A stretch of DNA of 51,988 nucleotides from Octopus bimaculoides (lineage: Eukaryota): assembly GCF_001194135.2 (NCBI RefSeq), contig NC_068982.1:18712023-18764010 (forward strand), read 5' to 3'. A program made the translations under genes and the position numbers. Under the pieces are notes generated by a model that was not told where the DNA came from, did no database searches, and saw only the letters and a program-made list of their open reading frames with translations. Shown piece after piece: positions 1 to 15,052 of the stretch (position 1 is the first letter of the stretch; each line of letters opens with the position of its first letter).

Positions 1-32
<32 letters not shown>

Positions 33-603
33 CACAGTTATTGGTAAAGGATTATCAACCTGGGCAAAACACTTCATATGCTCTCGGTTAGCACACCGGG
101 CTAACAATATTATTTAGATTAGTAAATATTATGGCAGGATCCGAGGTTAAATTGCCTCACTATTCTATATTGTAAATTCGTGATTTAACTCCAGTGAAAC
201 TCATTTTACACAGAACGATACATAAGACGATGCATAAATAATGGCGGAACGACCTGAAAAATTAATGCTACATTCATTAGTGCTATATAAAATATGTAAT
301 GATCATTATTTATTACCCTCCTAGATATAAGAGTCGAAGCCTTTTAGAACTGAACAAAGCACGTCCATGCACATACAAGGGAGGTAAGGATGTCTATGTA
401 CAGACAAGGGAGGTAAACATCCCACAGCGAGCAAGATCACCATTAGTTTAGCTCAAAATTAAAGCTTGTCAGTAATGACTACTGATGAACAAAGATAAAC
501 GATCTTATTCTACATTTATCTGATTGTTTTACATAGATATATACTTGATTGATCGCTAAATCCACAAGTTTTTTTTTTCGATCTCTTTTATTTTCTTATA
601 TTA

Positions 604-730
604 TTTTCTGTTGAAGAGCGAAAGCTCAAAACGTAAAATACTTTCTCACTTTCGCGAGCGTCAAACTAATACACCTGGCTGTTCAAACACCTGTCTTCCT
701 CTTTTGTTTTTCTGAAAATTTCAACTATAT
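604..730 (+). mobile_element. Short non-autonomous repeat, Penelope-terminus-like, with a degenerate minimal hammerhead motif and TA tail
   Basis: tttt-CTGTTGA-A-GAGC gaaa GCTC-AAAAC-GTA-aaa followed by a body closely matching the copy at 4890-5015. Confidence 0.6.
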
Positions 731-989
731 ATACATAGATACATACCTACGTATGTATGTATGTATATTTGTGTGTGTATGTATGTGTGCATTCTGGTAT
801 GTGTACATATATTACTAAAAATAAGGTCAGAAGGAATTACGCATATATGATATTTAGCCTATAAATTCCTTCTGAAAGCTTCCAATGACGTTTATATCAT
901 AATATATATCAGAAAAAAAATCTTTTCTCATGAGATGAATANNNNNNNNNNNNNNNNNNNNNNNNNNNNNNNNNNNNNNNNNNNNNNNN

Positions 990-1046
<57 letters not shown>

Positions 1047-1792
1047 TATATATGTATATATTTGTATATATGTATGTATGTATATTTGTGTGTGTATGTA
1101 TGTGTGCATTCTGGTATGTGTACATATATTACTAAAAATAAGGTCAGAAGGAATTACGCATATATGATATTTAGCCTATAAATTCCTTCTGAAAGCTTCC
1201 AATGACGTTTATATCATAATATATATCAGAAAAAAAATCTTTTCTCATGAGATGAATAAAGTCAGCGTAGTAGTATCAATAGCATTCTGCATATATATCT
1301 AGGCGATATTATTTTCCGGAAACCTAACCCGTTAGGTTTACGATAACAAGGAAGAATGGGATGAATTACCAGGAAGTTCTATATGTAATACAACGTATTA
1401 CATTAGACGGACACATCTCTGCAATTTCTATAAATTTCTACTTGTGATTTCCATTTCGTTGCTCATTATGTACAGAGAATAAGGACTACCACTTTTATAT
1501 CAGAAATATTTTACATTCAGCAACGGTAAAAAAATTAGAATAGATTGCCAACGTTGTTGACGGAACTGAAGGTTCTTCTCGGATAGGAAAGCAAGCTTCA
1601 GAATTTCACTTCGTCATTACCTGATTTGGGATACACATATGTATGTGTGAGTGTGTGTATATTTGTGTGTGTTTGTGTATGTGTATGTATGTTTGTGTGT
1701 ATGATTTTATGTGTGTGTGTGTGTGTGTTTGTGTGTATGCGTGTGTGGTTGTGCGTGTGAGTGTGTTTGTGTATGTGTTTGTGTGTGTTTAA

Positions 1793-1824
<32 letters not shown>

Positions 1825-4306
1825 ATGTGTGTGTGCACGGACACGGTTAAAAAGACTAAAACAAATTAAAGATAAGTGAAATTTTGGAAACAGTTCTGTT
1901 CTTGTTTTTTGTTGTTTGATGGTTTAACACCCCCATATACACAGGTGCATGTTCAGGACTAACGTCGCTCTTCAGAATACACCAACGTGTTACAGGCCTA
2001 GATAATAGTCAAGTGATTAAATGATATTATTGTGATTCGTGATATACGAAATAACAAATAATCATATTAAGTATATGGATATGTTGTTGCCAATAGCTTA
2101 CCCTGAATGACATGATACAAAAAAATTGGCTTTTCTTGAATATATACGCTTGAATATTTAAATATATTTCTCTTCTGAACACAATGTATGTCATACCTGT
2201 TTAAAAAAAAAAAAAAAAAAAAAAAACTGTCTTGTTCAATCCTTGATCATATACGTAAGAAAAGCTGCGTAAAACTGTATAAATCCGTGGAGTAGGATAT
2301 GCTATGTTACTGTAAAGGCACCACAGAAGAAATCATCTGTGAGGCAGCTATACTAAAACTGGTTATATGACTCGAGAAAACATGGAATATTTTTTGTCCA
2401 GAGAAATATGAATATTCAATGATAGTATACTATATATTGCTAAATATTCACTAGCCGAAACAAAGATATATATGTATATATACTACATGTGAATAATGGC
2501 ATTCGTTTTATTTTTTATTTTGAAATTAAATTTCCTTTATTTTGAGAACATTTGTCAACTAATGTCATAGATGAATGTGACGAAATAGCGTGAGGTAAAA
2601 TTGAATGTGCCCTCTGTGCCTACTATACGATTGCTGCTGCTGGTATTACTACTACTACTACTACTACTACTACAAACATGTAGCATAATTTTCTAATACG
2701 CAAAAGAGTGCAACGACTTCAGCCCCCAGGGATTGGTGGTCGCTCCTTCAGTTTTCATACTGTATTCTATCCCCCAGTGTAGAAAAATATGTATGTCTTT
2801 ATATATAGATCTATAGAATTTACATATACTTATGCATATACTCATACACACACAGACACACACATTCATATTTACATACATACGTATATATATATATGTT
2901 CGTTGTGAGTATATCGGATAGGGATGTATGTGTTAGCCAGTTACTGAGGGAAATTATGTTCAGTGTTACATAAACGGATGACACAAGAATAACCTAACGC
3001 TGAGAAATGAATCAATAAAGAATAAAGAATATCACAGATTAGCATATTTTCCATTAGCAATATTTTCCATTTACAGAATAAAATTCTTGAATTCAAATTA
3101 TAACTGAATAGCTTAACATGGTGAATACCGAGTGGGATAGAAAACAAAAGCTAACATCTATCTTATTTGATAATTATGACAATTTTTCTGCAAAGCCATT
3201 TTGCAGCTGAAAATTTTAATCTAAGTGTATGCTATACGCTCTACGATCTTACATATAGATTTTATCCCCACGGTGTTCTGAGATTACGTCTGAAATTATT
3301 TGAAACTAATAGACATTGATCTAGGTGTAGTTATTGCTTGTAATTAAAAATGATTTATTCTGCTAAACGTGAACAAAAATAACCGTCTTGATCTATACTT
3401 ATCTAGTTGTTGCATGGTTCTATCTACTACCGAGAACTAAAAGTTGAAGTAATGGGAGAGATTTAAGAAATGTTGATATTTACGAATTTATTTAGTGAGT
3501 CTCTAGTGTGATATTCATTTATTCTAGAAAGCTCTCGAATCTTATATACAGAATCTTGAGGATGTATCACTACACGGTAACAAAGCGTAGAGAACATACC
3601 TGCATTGTGCCATATATTCATATTTGTTTGTGTACGTATAAAAGAGAAATATAAAATGACGAGGTAAATAGGTGATTGTTACGTTTACGTTTCACCTAAT
3701 GGTAATAAGTCAAGTAATATAGCTGAACAATATTACGAATAGTAATGAAAAGAACGTCGGCATATAAAACAAAATTCTATTGTGGTACTTTACAGAACAC
3801 TAGTACAGGTTGAATATATTCCACCCAAGGACTACATCAGATACATTTATAATAGTGCTTCAATGAAAGAGAAAAGAGCGGTAGTTATTGTTTTATTGTT
3901 AACACGTTTCATCATGAGATATATCTGGAAGTCATTTCCCTTTATCCATTCATAAATCAATATTTGATGCAATGGAATATAATTATGAAATATAATTATC
4001 TTCTTTTTTCAAAAAATAAAGTATAAGTAAAACCTTTTAAATCCTGCTTATAATAGAATTTATTGAATGCTTCAAGTTATACTATGCAAATCAATAGATT
4101 TTTATCATTACAGCTATATGAAACGCATCCATTAAATCTACAAAATAACATTTCCTTATATTGGCATAAGGAATTATATTTGTTGTGGAGAGGTTTCATC
4201 GAATAGAATGATGTATTAAATACATGGCAATAGTTTATCGATCCAAGAAAATATGAAAGCTAATATTCTCACATCATAGAGTAACGAAAGTAATATTGGG
4301 TATAAC

Positions 4307-4473
4307 TTTTGGCACAATGCTTGCAATTTTGAGGGAGGGGTAAGTCAGCTGCATTGAAGCGTTGAATACCAGTAAATAACTCGTACTTTTTTATGGACCA
4401 TCTAAAGGGATGAAAGGCAAATTTGTCCCCGGTGGAATTTGAATTCAGAAACAATTCTGCCAGATCCCCGCCT
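4307..4473 (-). mobile_element. Degenerate tRNA-derived SINE fragment (family C)
   Basis: ggatgaaaggcaaa...ggtggaatttgaattcagaa...ttctgccag, shared with copies at 18095, 19955, 32278 and 33745. Confidence 0.6.
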
Positions 4474-4856
4474 CGGGCAAGAAAGCTATATAAAGCATTT
4501 AACATGCTATTGTGATGTTTCTGAAGCTTCGCCTTCCTATTCAGTGCAAATAAGTTTCCTAACACCCAAGTGGACGGCGGTGGTCTCGTTCGCCGTGGTT
4601 GCTATGTTTGTACATGTGAGGGAGGTAGTGGCTATCGTCGAGATGAGACTAATGTTGATGCTCATAATGATAATTACAATGATAACTACTCATATTACAA
4701 TTTTCGATTAAATAAGTGTCTTCTTACATCTTTCTGTGGGTTGTCATTATTACTATCAGTGTTGTAATCCCAACACTGACACCGAACAAGCAAACCTACG
4801 AAGAATACCAATGCTGCCCTATTCATTCAGCCTTACTTCTCTAGGATGCCTGAACA

Positions 4857-4889
<33 letters not shown>

Positions 4890-4893
<4 letters not shown>

Positions 4894-5015
4894 GAAATTT
4901 ACAGGAGAACAAAAGACAAACACAGGTGTATGACCAACAAGCAGGTTTATTAGTTTGACGCTCAGGAAAGTGAGAAAGTCTTTTACGTTTCAAGCCTACG
5001 CTCTTCAACAGAAAG
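4890..5015 (-). mobile_element. Second copy of the same repeat, inverted, with the more intact hammerhead-like motif
   Basis: Reverse complement reads cttt-CTGTTGA-A-GAGC gtag GCTT-GAAAC-GTA-aaag...aatttcaacta then (TA)n. Confidence 0.6.
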
Positions 5016-5923
5016 TAAGAAGAGAAAATAAAGAAAACGAGAATGAAAAAAGAAAAAAAACTTGTGGATTTAGAAGTCAACACAGCAGGCTGTGATATTA
5101 GGGGAATTTGGCTGTCATCTCAATCAGGAGAATAATTGCATAGAATCGCTCACAGTGCCTAAAGGTTTTCTTTTTAGTGGAGACTAGAATTTAAAGCTAT
5201 ACAATTTATATTTTATAGAATATTATTTGTGATATTTACGCAAATAGAATGGTTCGAAAGGAAAAGAGAAAGGAGGTCGAAGATAATAGGGTATGATAAA
5301 AATAAAAGAAAAATAAATTGAAAAGCATACGAATAATTATCAGTTAATAAAAGCAAGCACTGCCACAAAGTTAATTTGTATTTGTGTGTTGTAAGAGAAT
5401 CAGCATTAGATTTCCTTCGAGCACATTAATCGATATATGATAAGGGCCAAACGTCAATCTACAGCATTAATGATGACTTCCTGCAGACAAGGCTGATCTT
5501 TGAAACATAATTACTATGTTCATTATTGTATCTTTGAATAGACCTCCCCCCATACACGCAGTCACACACACACACACAATTGTACACATAAATGTAAATA
5601 TGCTTGTATGAATGTGTGGATGTATATATGCATATATGTGTGCACGCGCTTGTATGTAATTCTCTTTTCTGGTACAATTCCAACATTTTCTTTAATAATA
5701 ATTTTCGTTGTAAATTACCTTCAGAAAATATTAAAATTTTGCTTGAAATATTACATTTGGGCGAGAGCTTAAAGCGCAAGTTTATAAGCAATATTCTAGA
5801 AATTAATCATGGCATTGTACGTTCGTGTTTTAGGATCGTCAATTAAAATTCTCAAATCTTAGATGTTATGTACTTTTGAGAGTCCAGTGTTTTTATATAA
5901 TATTTTGCATACACTACATATAC

Positions 5924-6055
5924 CAAAACATCAGATAGTATCACTGTGGTCTGAAAACTTGTAATGTGTCTCTTATGAAGGCTTCCCACATCTCGAAATG
6001 CTTCCAATCGATTTGTTGTATTTCCACCAAAACGTAATTCAATCCTAGTTTTATA
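5924..6055 (-). CDS. Weak candidate downstream exon (132 nt, phase 0-0): YKTRIELRFGGNTTNRLEAFRDVGSLHKRHITSFQTTVILSDVL
   Basis: Open frame in the phase needed after 10514; weak acceptor (gtaaaatag) and donor gtatat. Confidence 0.25.
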
Positions 6056-7729
6056 CTATTTTACACCTGTTTCAGATCGATTTTAAATTACATTTTTATC
6101 AAAAATGCTTTTCTTAAATTTGATATACTAAAATGCATGCATGCATTCATACACACATACATACATACATACATACATACATACATACATGCAGGCATAC
6201 ATACATACGTGCATTTCCGCACGTTCGGTGTGACGTAATATTCATGAAATATACGATGAAAAGTATCACAATCAGCAGTTTTCGTAATAATAACTGATTA
6301 TTCTTCTGATCATACACACTGAAACATATATTCAGTAACGTGTGCGAGTCAATCGTTCTCCAAAGTTAATCAACAATAAAGGAATGAAATAAAAACAATA
6401 TGTCTAGAAATGATTTCATGATCACTACTGAAAAAACTTCCGAATGCAAATATCGAAAAAGTATATTAATCGGGAGTAAACTTTAGAAAAGGAAGGAAGA
6501 AAAGGAGGAAACTTTAAAAAAGGAAGTTCAAATTATTGGAAGAATCTTAATTTAATGTCTATTTATGTGGAGTTTTGAACTTACTAGTGACCTATTTAAT
6601 TGTTATAATACAGTAAGAAAGAATCTCTAAATGGGATATAGGATGAGTATGACAACGATTAATTTCAAACATACGTAAATTATTTTCCGACAAATTTCCT
6701 TGGAAATACAACATTGCTTAGTTGTAAAATATAGTCGATTGTGGTAATTTTTATCGAAAATCCTAATTACTGCTGAATTAACATCATGTCAACATTGTTC
6801 TAGACTAGACAGGTTCTCAACAAAAAGAGCTGATATCATAATTCTTCCTAGCTATCACACCAGCCATACATCTGCTCCATACCGAGACATACTAAGTGAC
6901 ATTGGCAATATCTTGTCAGTGTATTTATCTATATTCACGAATTCACAGACTGGCAGCACAATAAGCATACATGTGTAAAGGTTTTCTTCAATAAAATGTT
7001 TAAAGTGTCTCGCGCTTATGCCTTTACGTCTTCCCACCCATTTTTCTCTCTCATTCTTTCATTTGCCCACTTGACCAAATCCACGTGTTTTGTTACATAA
7101 AGTGACTAAATATGCAGACTTTCAACTTAAACTCAATAAATTATATCACACTAAGTGCCCACATGCATACTTACACATACAAACATATACACCAAATAAC
7201 GCACAAATTCGTCTATCTTTCATATAATCTCTAAAACACTATTAACAACCCTTACCTGCGCATGAAATCCCACAACTTCTCCCTTTTAACTTCCCCATAC
7301 TACCGCAGTTCCACCTGCATTCTCCCTCATGACTTTACTTTTCTCCCTCTATGCGTTACTCTATCTTTTGATGAAGGCCATTAACCCGATATATTAGAAC
7401 TTTGTCTCTTGCTTAAAATTTCGAAAGGTATTAAAGTTGATTGTCTCTCTTGTGCTTTTTGATGCTTCGTTTATTGCATTTACACAGAAGAAAATCAATT
7501 TATTTACATAACAGTTAATATCATGTCGCCTACGCACGTTTCAATTTCTTACCATCATTCATATTTTACAATTAAAATTGCATTATAAGTTCAAAAATTA
7601 ATAATCTCTTCGGAACAAAATTAACATATATTCATTTACATGCTAATAAATGGAGAGTTCCATAGACACTGAATTGCAGCATGTGTGTGTATGTCTATGG
7701 ATTCCGTGGAGAATGGCTAGTAGCGCTCC

Positions 7730-7817
7730 TGAATCCCAAGATGTCGCGCAGTGACACTGAACCCGGAAGCATGCAGTTGGAAAGCAAGCTTCTTACCACA
7801 CAGCCACGCCTGCACCT
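7730..7817 (-). mobile_element. tRNA-like head fragment of SINE family A
   Basis: gcagtgacactgaacccggaa...gcaagcttcttaccacacagccac matches the heads at 40583, 41818 and 45114. Confidence 0.65.
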
Positions 7818-7881
7818 ATATTTATTTTAAGTTAATCACTCATGGAGTGCTTATTTAAATATAATTCATGATTTCAAATTC

Positions 7882-7916
<35 letters not shown>

Positions 7917-8611
7917 TCCTTATGAATATAAAAATCTCTCCCTTATTTATGTAATATAATTGTTAATTTATTTAGATATATTAGTTGATACTAAGATTTT
8001 CAGTGTGTATTCCTCTGTTAGATTAATATTATAGTCATTTGTTCTAGATGTTCATTTATTCTCATAATACCTATTTGATTACATTTATTTGGATTTACTA
8101 GACATATATCTATTCTTATAATGTCTATTTAATTTTATTTATTTGAATTTACTAAACGAATTTATTAAACTATGTGAACAAAAAAAATTATTTTTCTGTC
8201 TTATTGTTACTTAGTTTGCACTTGGAAGTAATGATCAGGAAAATTTCCCCTATGCATAAGTCACACCTTGTGCTTCCAATGCAATAATATTTTGCCCAGC
8301 TAATTACTTCCCAGTTCAGCGCATAGTCATATTTGTCCGTACTTGCCCAAATTAATCTACTTAAACAAGTGCTGACTTCCTTTCTGTCATCCCTAAAAAT
8401 GTTTTTATAGTTAGTTACCCTTCTTTTTATATACTTTCCGCGGAACCTATAAGGTAGTAATTCTGACCCAACCTCGTGACATTATTTTACACCTATATAT
8501 TACACTTTTTTCTCTGCAAAAATTCCCTAATGGACGTCTATTTAAATTTTATTGGCACAATCACAGGGAGAGGGTTATATTCATAAGGTAAAGGAATACA
8601 TACACGCACAA

Positions 8612-8830
<219 letters not shown>

Positions 8831-10314
8831 TGTACTCTCACCATTTGAAGATAATATAATACCATATATGTGATTCATGGTGAATGATATCCCATTAAAA
8901 TACATAAAAAATAATTAAACTAGATATATATAATATCCTAAACTATCAAAAAATAAAACTAATATATATATAAATAAAAATAAATTTGTAATGAAAATTT
9001 AAATTCTCACAATTAAATAAGTGGAAGTTAAATAAATATATATATATATATATATAAATATTTTTCGCCTTTATTTTTTTGGCACCGAGTGACAGCCATC
9101 CTTTAAAGAAAACGATTTAAATATTATTCAGTGGAGATAATAGTATGACCTAGTTCTTTAGGACTGCAACTAGCTATTGTCCACTATGGTTGTAGTTGAA
9201 CCTGTAGCATCTTAAGAACTAAATCCAAAGACACACATGCTGTCATCCCCCACTCTCTCTCTCTCACACACAGGCACACATACATATGCTGCTATTTAGT
9301 CTGTAAGGAAATTACCTTCTATTAGGATGTAAATGAATGTATGTCAATTTTGCCCTGAAGAGATTTTAACATTAAAAATCGTGATGCAATTTTGATCGTA
9401 AAATATGAATGAAGATAAAAAAAATTCTTTGTAGGTGACATGAAACTGACTCTCATGTAAATAAATTGATTTTTCCTCTGTTCATACTCTCCATTTTCTT
9501 TACACACGCACACATACATACTTGTACATGATGTGTTCTCAATTTATGGAAAGAAACCCCATAAAACTCAACAATTTGGTTAAAAATTGAGAAGAGAATA
9601 TAAGAGAATTTTAATTCATGCAGACGATCGTTTCGTACAGAGATATAAAATTCATGCAAATTCATGGTTGAATTGAATTAAATTAATTATATCAATGCAC
9701 ACTTCTCCGCATGAAGTATAAACAAAATCTCTACAAAGAACTTGAGAAAGGAAATAACAGAATAGAATCTAGGAGGGTCATATTTATCCTTATGAGAAAA
9801 AAGATGACAATCCATTTAAGTACTATATATTTTAACATCTTCTCTTCTCTTCATTTTTAACTAAATTGTTGAGTTTTATGGGATTTCTCTCCATAAATTC
9901 ACAACACATCCTATACAAGTATTATTTTCATATTCGGAAATTTTACGCCTTTAAATTTAGAAGTTTCCAAAAAAGATTTCTAATATATTGACCCTGCGTA
10001 TTTTTCAGGAAATTTAAAGGCGTAAAATTTCCGAATATGAAAATAATACTTGTATNNNNNNNNNNNNNNNNNNNNNNNNNNNNNNNNNNNNNNNNNNNNN
10101 NNNNNNNNNNNNNNNNNNNNNNNNNNNNNNNNNNNNNNNNNNNNNNNNNNNNNNNNNNNNNNNNNNNNNNNNNNNNNNNNNNNNNNNNNNNNNNNNNNNN
10201 NNNNNNNNNNNNNNNNNNNNNNNNNNNNNNNNNNNNNNNNNNNNNNNNNNNNNNNNNNNNNNNNNNNNNNNNNNNNNNNNNNNNNTATATATATATATAT
10301 ATACATGCATACAT

Positions 10315-10500
10315 ATACGGGTGGGTGCTGAAAAGTTCCTGTCTGTGGATAACAGAGAATACAAAAGGATCAGTGAATTCCCCTCTCAGATTCGCAGTCT
10401 TATTGCAGCGTTTCTTCAGTTTGTTTCTAAGCCCTTTGAATGAATTCAGAAGATTGAACTTTAAACCAGGTCTTTCGCGACGCCCTTAAAGTCAGAAATC
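10315..10500 (+). mobile_element. Tc1/mariner-type MITE remnant, right end truncated
   Basis: Starts ta-cgggtgggtgctgaaaagttcct, a mariner-like TIR; the matching right end survives only partly (cccttaaagtcagaa). Family recognised from memory. Confidence 0.5.
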
Positions 10501-10513
10501 AAAATATACTTAC

Positions 10514-10635
10514 TTGCTCGCACAGCATCAACCTTATGATATTTTGTAGGATAAAATTATGTAGTTGACTTCCAATGAAATAGGGAGTATCATCACGTCT
10601 CATGGTATATTCGTCATTGTTCTCCGCTGAGCGGC
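10514..10635 (-). CDS. Internal coding exon (122 nt, phase 1-0): (G)RSAENNDEYTMRRDDTPYFIGSQLHNFILQNIIRLMLCEQ
   Basis: Long pyrimidine tract (ccttcgttttccattttcttcctcatccctgcccatctcaacggactgcag), donor CAA|gtaagt. Confidence 0.8.
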
Positions 10636-11657
10636 CTGCAGTCCGTTGAGATGGGCAGGGATGAGGAAGAAAATGGAAAACGAAGGAACGGGTAAATAAT
10701 AACGAACATTTTCAGCGCCAAAGCTATGTAGAGTTTCTCTATATGATAGCTAAATAATGTGATACGTGAGAGACCATTGGATGCAAAAAGAGGTGCGGGA
10801 CTGCGTAGGTGTAATTGTGTGTACGTCAATGTAATTACGTGATACATGGAATTGTAGTTTTTGCGTGTGGTAGGTGCTTTGTGTGTCGCGTTTGTGTGTG
10901 CGTGCCTGCGTATATGTGCGCATGCGTGCATCTGAGTGTACCTCCTTGTGAGCGTGCGTGTGTGGCTGCTATATATATCCATAGATATCAATTCAGTTAT
11001 TTCGTTTTCTTCTCGTTTAAATTATTTTCCATGCTCTCATTGTAATTTCAATATAAACTTGAAAGTGTCTTCGTTGCTATTACACCCACTATGTGCGTTC
11101 GTATAGGTTTTTGTGTGTGTGTGTTTGAGTGTGTGTATTTTTTATGTTTTTAAATGTATTTTCAGAGTAGGTTAACAACTGATAACTCTGTAATGTTTAC
11201 GTTTTAATTTTTTAATGCAATCAGTGTGTAATTATTATCTCTATAACGATTCTATTATCACGAAATATCTTCACACAATTATTCAAATCAAATAAAGTTT
11301 ACTGTGTTTTCATTTCTTTATTTGAAAATTTATAACGCGAAATTAAAATATTTAACTGAAAATTAATTTTCCAGTGGGCGAGGATATAACATTTACACAA
11401 TGTGAAAGTGTTAGTGGTAGTACTACTTCATTAATCGATGTCTGAAGTGGGAGTAGATGTGTGAATGTAAAATCGGATGCTGAGCAATTAGCGATTCGAA
11501 AATGTAACAATAAAAGCCACCAGGTATTCATACAAAAACAGACGCTGACCAGTTTTTTGAGCTTCAATGAAACACATGTCTACACACACAAACACGCACG
11601 CGCACACACAAATGCGCGCACACTCACACACACACACACATTTACATATAGCTATGT

Positions 11658-11702
<45 letters not shown>

Positions 11703-11801
11703 NNNNNNNNNNNNNNNNNNNNNNNNNNNNNNNNNNNNNNNNNNNNNNNNNNNNNNNNNNNNNNNNNNNNNNNNNNNNNNNNNNNNNNNNNNNNNNNNNT
11801 G

Positions 11802-11856
<55 letters not shown>

Positions 11857-12241
11857 ACGTATACGTGTATGTGTGTGTGTCTGCGATGACAAAGATGTTG
11901 AGGAAGGAGCAAAAGAAGAAGCAGAAGAGGGAAAAGAAGAATGAAATGGAGAGGAAGACGGTGGTGATGATAATGACAACTACGACCACAACGGCGATGA
12001 CGAATGCGATGATGAAGTCGAAGAAGAAACGTAATAGGAAAGCAAAAATAAGCTGAAAGGTAGACCTGATACTTTATTAATGAGTTGTATGTCCAGTTAA
12101 TGCACAATTATTTCTCTATTAGCAAGTCTGCATTGGAAAATTATCAATAGTAAAATTCAGACTTATTACAGGACATTTTACCAGAGCAAGTAATGTAGGT
12201 TATGTACAACTGTAATAAGGCAGGTGTAGCTAAATGCTTAC

Positions 12242-12319
12242 CGTCCCCCACTGTGTCGTTACTTGCAGGAAAATGGTCCGCCATATTTTTGCCTCTGGTA
12301 GTATATAATCTGCCGAGTG
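12242..12319 (-). CDS. Internal coding exon (78 nt, phase 1-1): (A)LGRLYTTRGKNMADHFPASNDTVGD
   Basis: Acceptor ctgtcgttttacatttgcaag, donor ACG|gtaagc. Confidence 0.65.
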
Positions 12320-13103
12320 CTTGCAAATGTAAAACGACAGATAAACATGAAATAAAAAGAGTCAATACTATCTTTATATATTATATTTATATATTATATT
12401 TATATATACTATATTTATGTATTATATATTATAAAGATAACAATATACGTATGTCATGCTTGTAGCATACGATATGCAAAACTAAGTTCTATGTACTTCA
12501 ATAAACTAACTTTCCCAATCTAGATCTACATATCTATGTTTCCATATATAGATACATGCGTACACGCACAGCCATGTGTATATATATATATATATATATA
12601 TATGCGCAAGCACACACACAGAGAAATATACACTCACATACAGGCGCATACGACACATACATACATTTATATATGTAGATACATATATATGTATATNNNN
12701 NNNNNNNNNNNNNNNNNNNNNNNNNNNNNNNNNNNNNNNNNNNNNNNNNNNNNNNNNNNNNNNNNNNNNNNNNNNNNNNNNNNNNNNNNNNNNNNNNNNN
12801 NNNNNNNNNNNNNNNNNNNNNNNNNNNNNNNNNNNNNNNNNNNNNNNNNNNNNNNNNNNNNNNNNNNNNNNNNNNNNNNNNNNNNNNNNNNNNNNNNNNN
12901 NNNNNNNNNNNNNNNNNNNNNNNNNNNNNNNNNNNNNNNNNNNNNNNNNNNNNNNNNNNNNNNNNNNNNNNNNNNNNNNNNNNNNNNNNNNNNNNNNNNN
13001 NNNNNNNNNNNNNNNNNNNNNNNNNNNNNNNNNNNNNNNNNNNNNNNNNNNNNNNNNNNNNNNNNNNNNNNNNNNNNNNNNNNNNNNNNNNNNNNNNNNN
13101 NNN

Positions 13104-13170
<67 letters not shown>

Positions 13171-14054
13171 ATATGACTGTGTGTATGTATACATATGTGT
13201 GTATATGCATGTGCATGCATTTATGTAAGTATATCAGATTCTACGCCAATTTTCATGAATTATTCCTTTTCATGATTTTTCTATGAAGTCTGAATTTCTA
13301 TCTTTTAATTTTGGTTCCTCATTTTTAGTTGTTTCACAGTATCTTCTATCTTTTTCCCCTAATTCGTCATCTTTGTCATTTATTTAATCGTTTTCTTCAT
13401 CTTGTTCTTTTCCTTCTTACTCACACTTCTTTTCCATTTTTCTCAGTACTTCTTTTATGGCAATTAAATACAGTTTTTAAATGACATGTTAATCTCAAAC
13501 TAAATACTTGGTAAGTCAAAGCCTCACAGGAACGTAAGATTGAATATGTGATGCAAATTCATCGTTAATAGAATTATATCAGCAATGAATCTGCATACAA
13601 TTAATTTGTGCTTTTTTTTTTACACATAAAATACAGGTAAAAAATAATACCTATTGCATCTCTGATTATATAAATGAGTAGTTGGAAGACTAGCGTTTGG
13701 TATCGAACTGTGTAATTTACGTCATAGACAGTAGTCATTTCTACATGTATTCTTGTCTATATAAGGGTAGAGGAAACTACCCATAGTTGCTGCGTATGAA
13801 TTTGAGAGAACGAATATATAAATGACTTTCTGTTGCATAGCAAGAAATCAATAGCTGATTGATGTGCTATATATAGTAACCTGTAGCAGTTCGCGTTTCA
13901 TTTATAATGTCGATTGTTTCCTCTCTCACATTATCATTAATTACATATGTCTATGTTTTGTTTGTTTTCCATTAAAACCTCGTCAGAATAGCCTTGTAGA
14001 AAATTCAGAAAAGCAGATGTTCAATTAAATTGTATAAAAGACTACAAACAGAAA

Positions 14055-14640
<586 letters not shown>

Positions 14641-14677
14641 GTGTTTGCCTGTTGTGTTGTTTGGCCACCTCTTGTAC

Positions 14678-14880
14678 CTGCCAGACAATGTATTGAAAAG
14701 GCATCCGTACAGATTGCAAATCCGATTTGGTCGACCAAGAGCTGCATTGAAGTTTTGAATTTGTGGATCTTAAAATGTATTTTGAGCTCTCCGTTTGTTT
14801 TGCCCAGCCTGTGACACACTGGGACGACTGCCGAGCCAGACCTGTTCCACTGACGTTGCCAAACCTTTTTTTGCCATTTA
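14678..14880 (-). CDS. Internal coding exon (203 nt, phase 2-1): KWQKKVWQRQW...AFSIHCLA
   Basis: GC-richer island in AT-rich intron; acceptor catattcag, donor CAG|gtacaa; 67 open codons. Confidence 0.65.
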
Positions 14881-15052
14881 CTGAATATGTTTGAGACATT
14901 TTAGATTAAGTTACAAGTGAATTTTTAGGATTCTGCCAAACAATTCGTGGATTTTACTAAGATTTTTTGTACATAAAATACCTGTGAAGATGAATAATTT
15001 TCAGTGGGTGTAGCCTGCACTGCACTACCCACACCTATTGGCCCAAGAATAC

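Noticed and set aside
480-505. CTGATGA hammerhead-like starts here and at about 7366-7400 and 33575-33595
   Set aside because: No GAAA core or paired helices; at most decayed remnants.
754-1258. Identical duplication of about 188 bp (754-941 and 1071-1258)
   Set aside because: It is 100% identical and flanks an N gap, which is typical of an unmerged contig overlap, so probably an assembly artefact.
6780-7400. Possible degraded Penelope 3' region
   Set aside because: Only vague resemblance (QTG-like codons, decayed terminal motif); cannot be supported without alignment.
9319-9354. Possible terminal exon GKIDIHSFTS-stop after exon 10514
   Set aside because: Phase fits, but it is too short to distinguish from chance.
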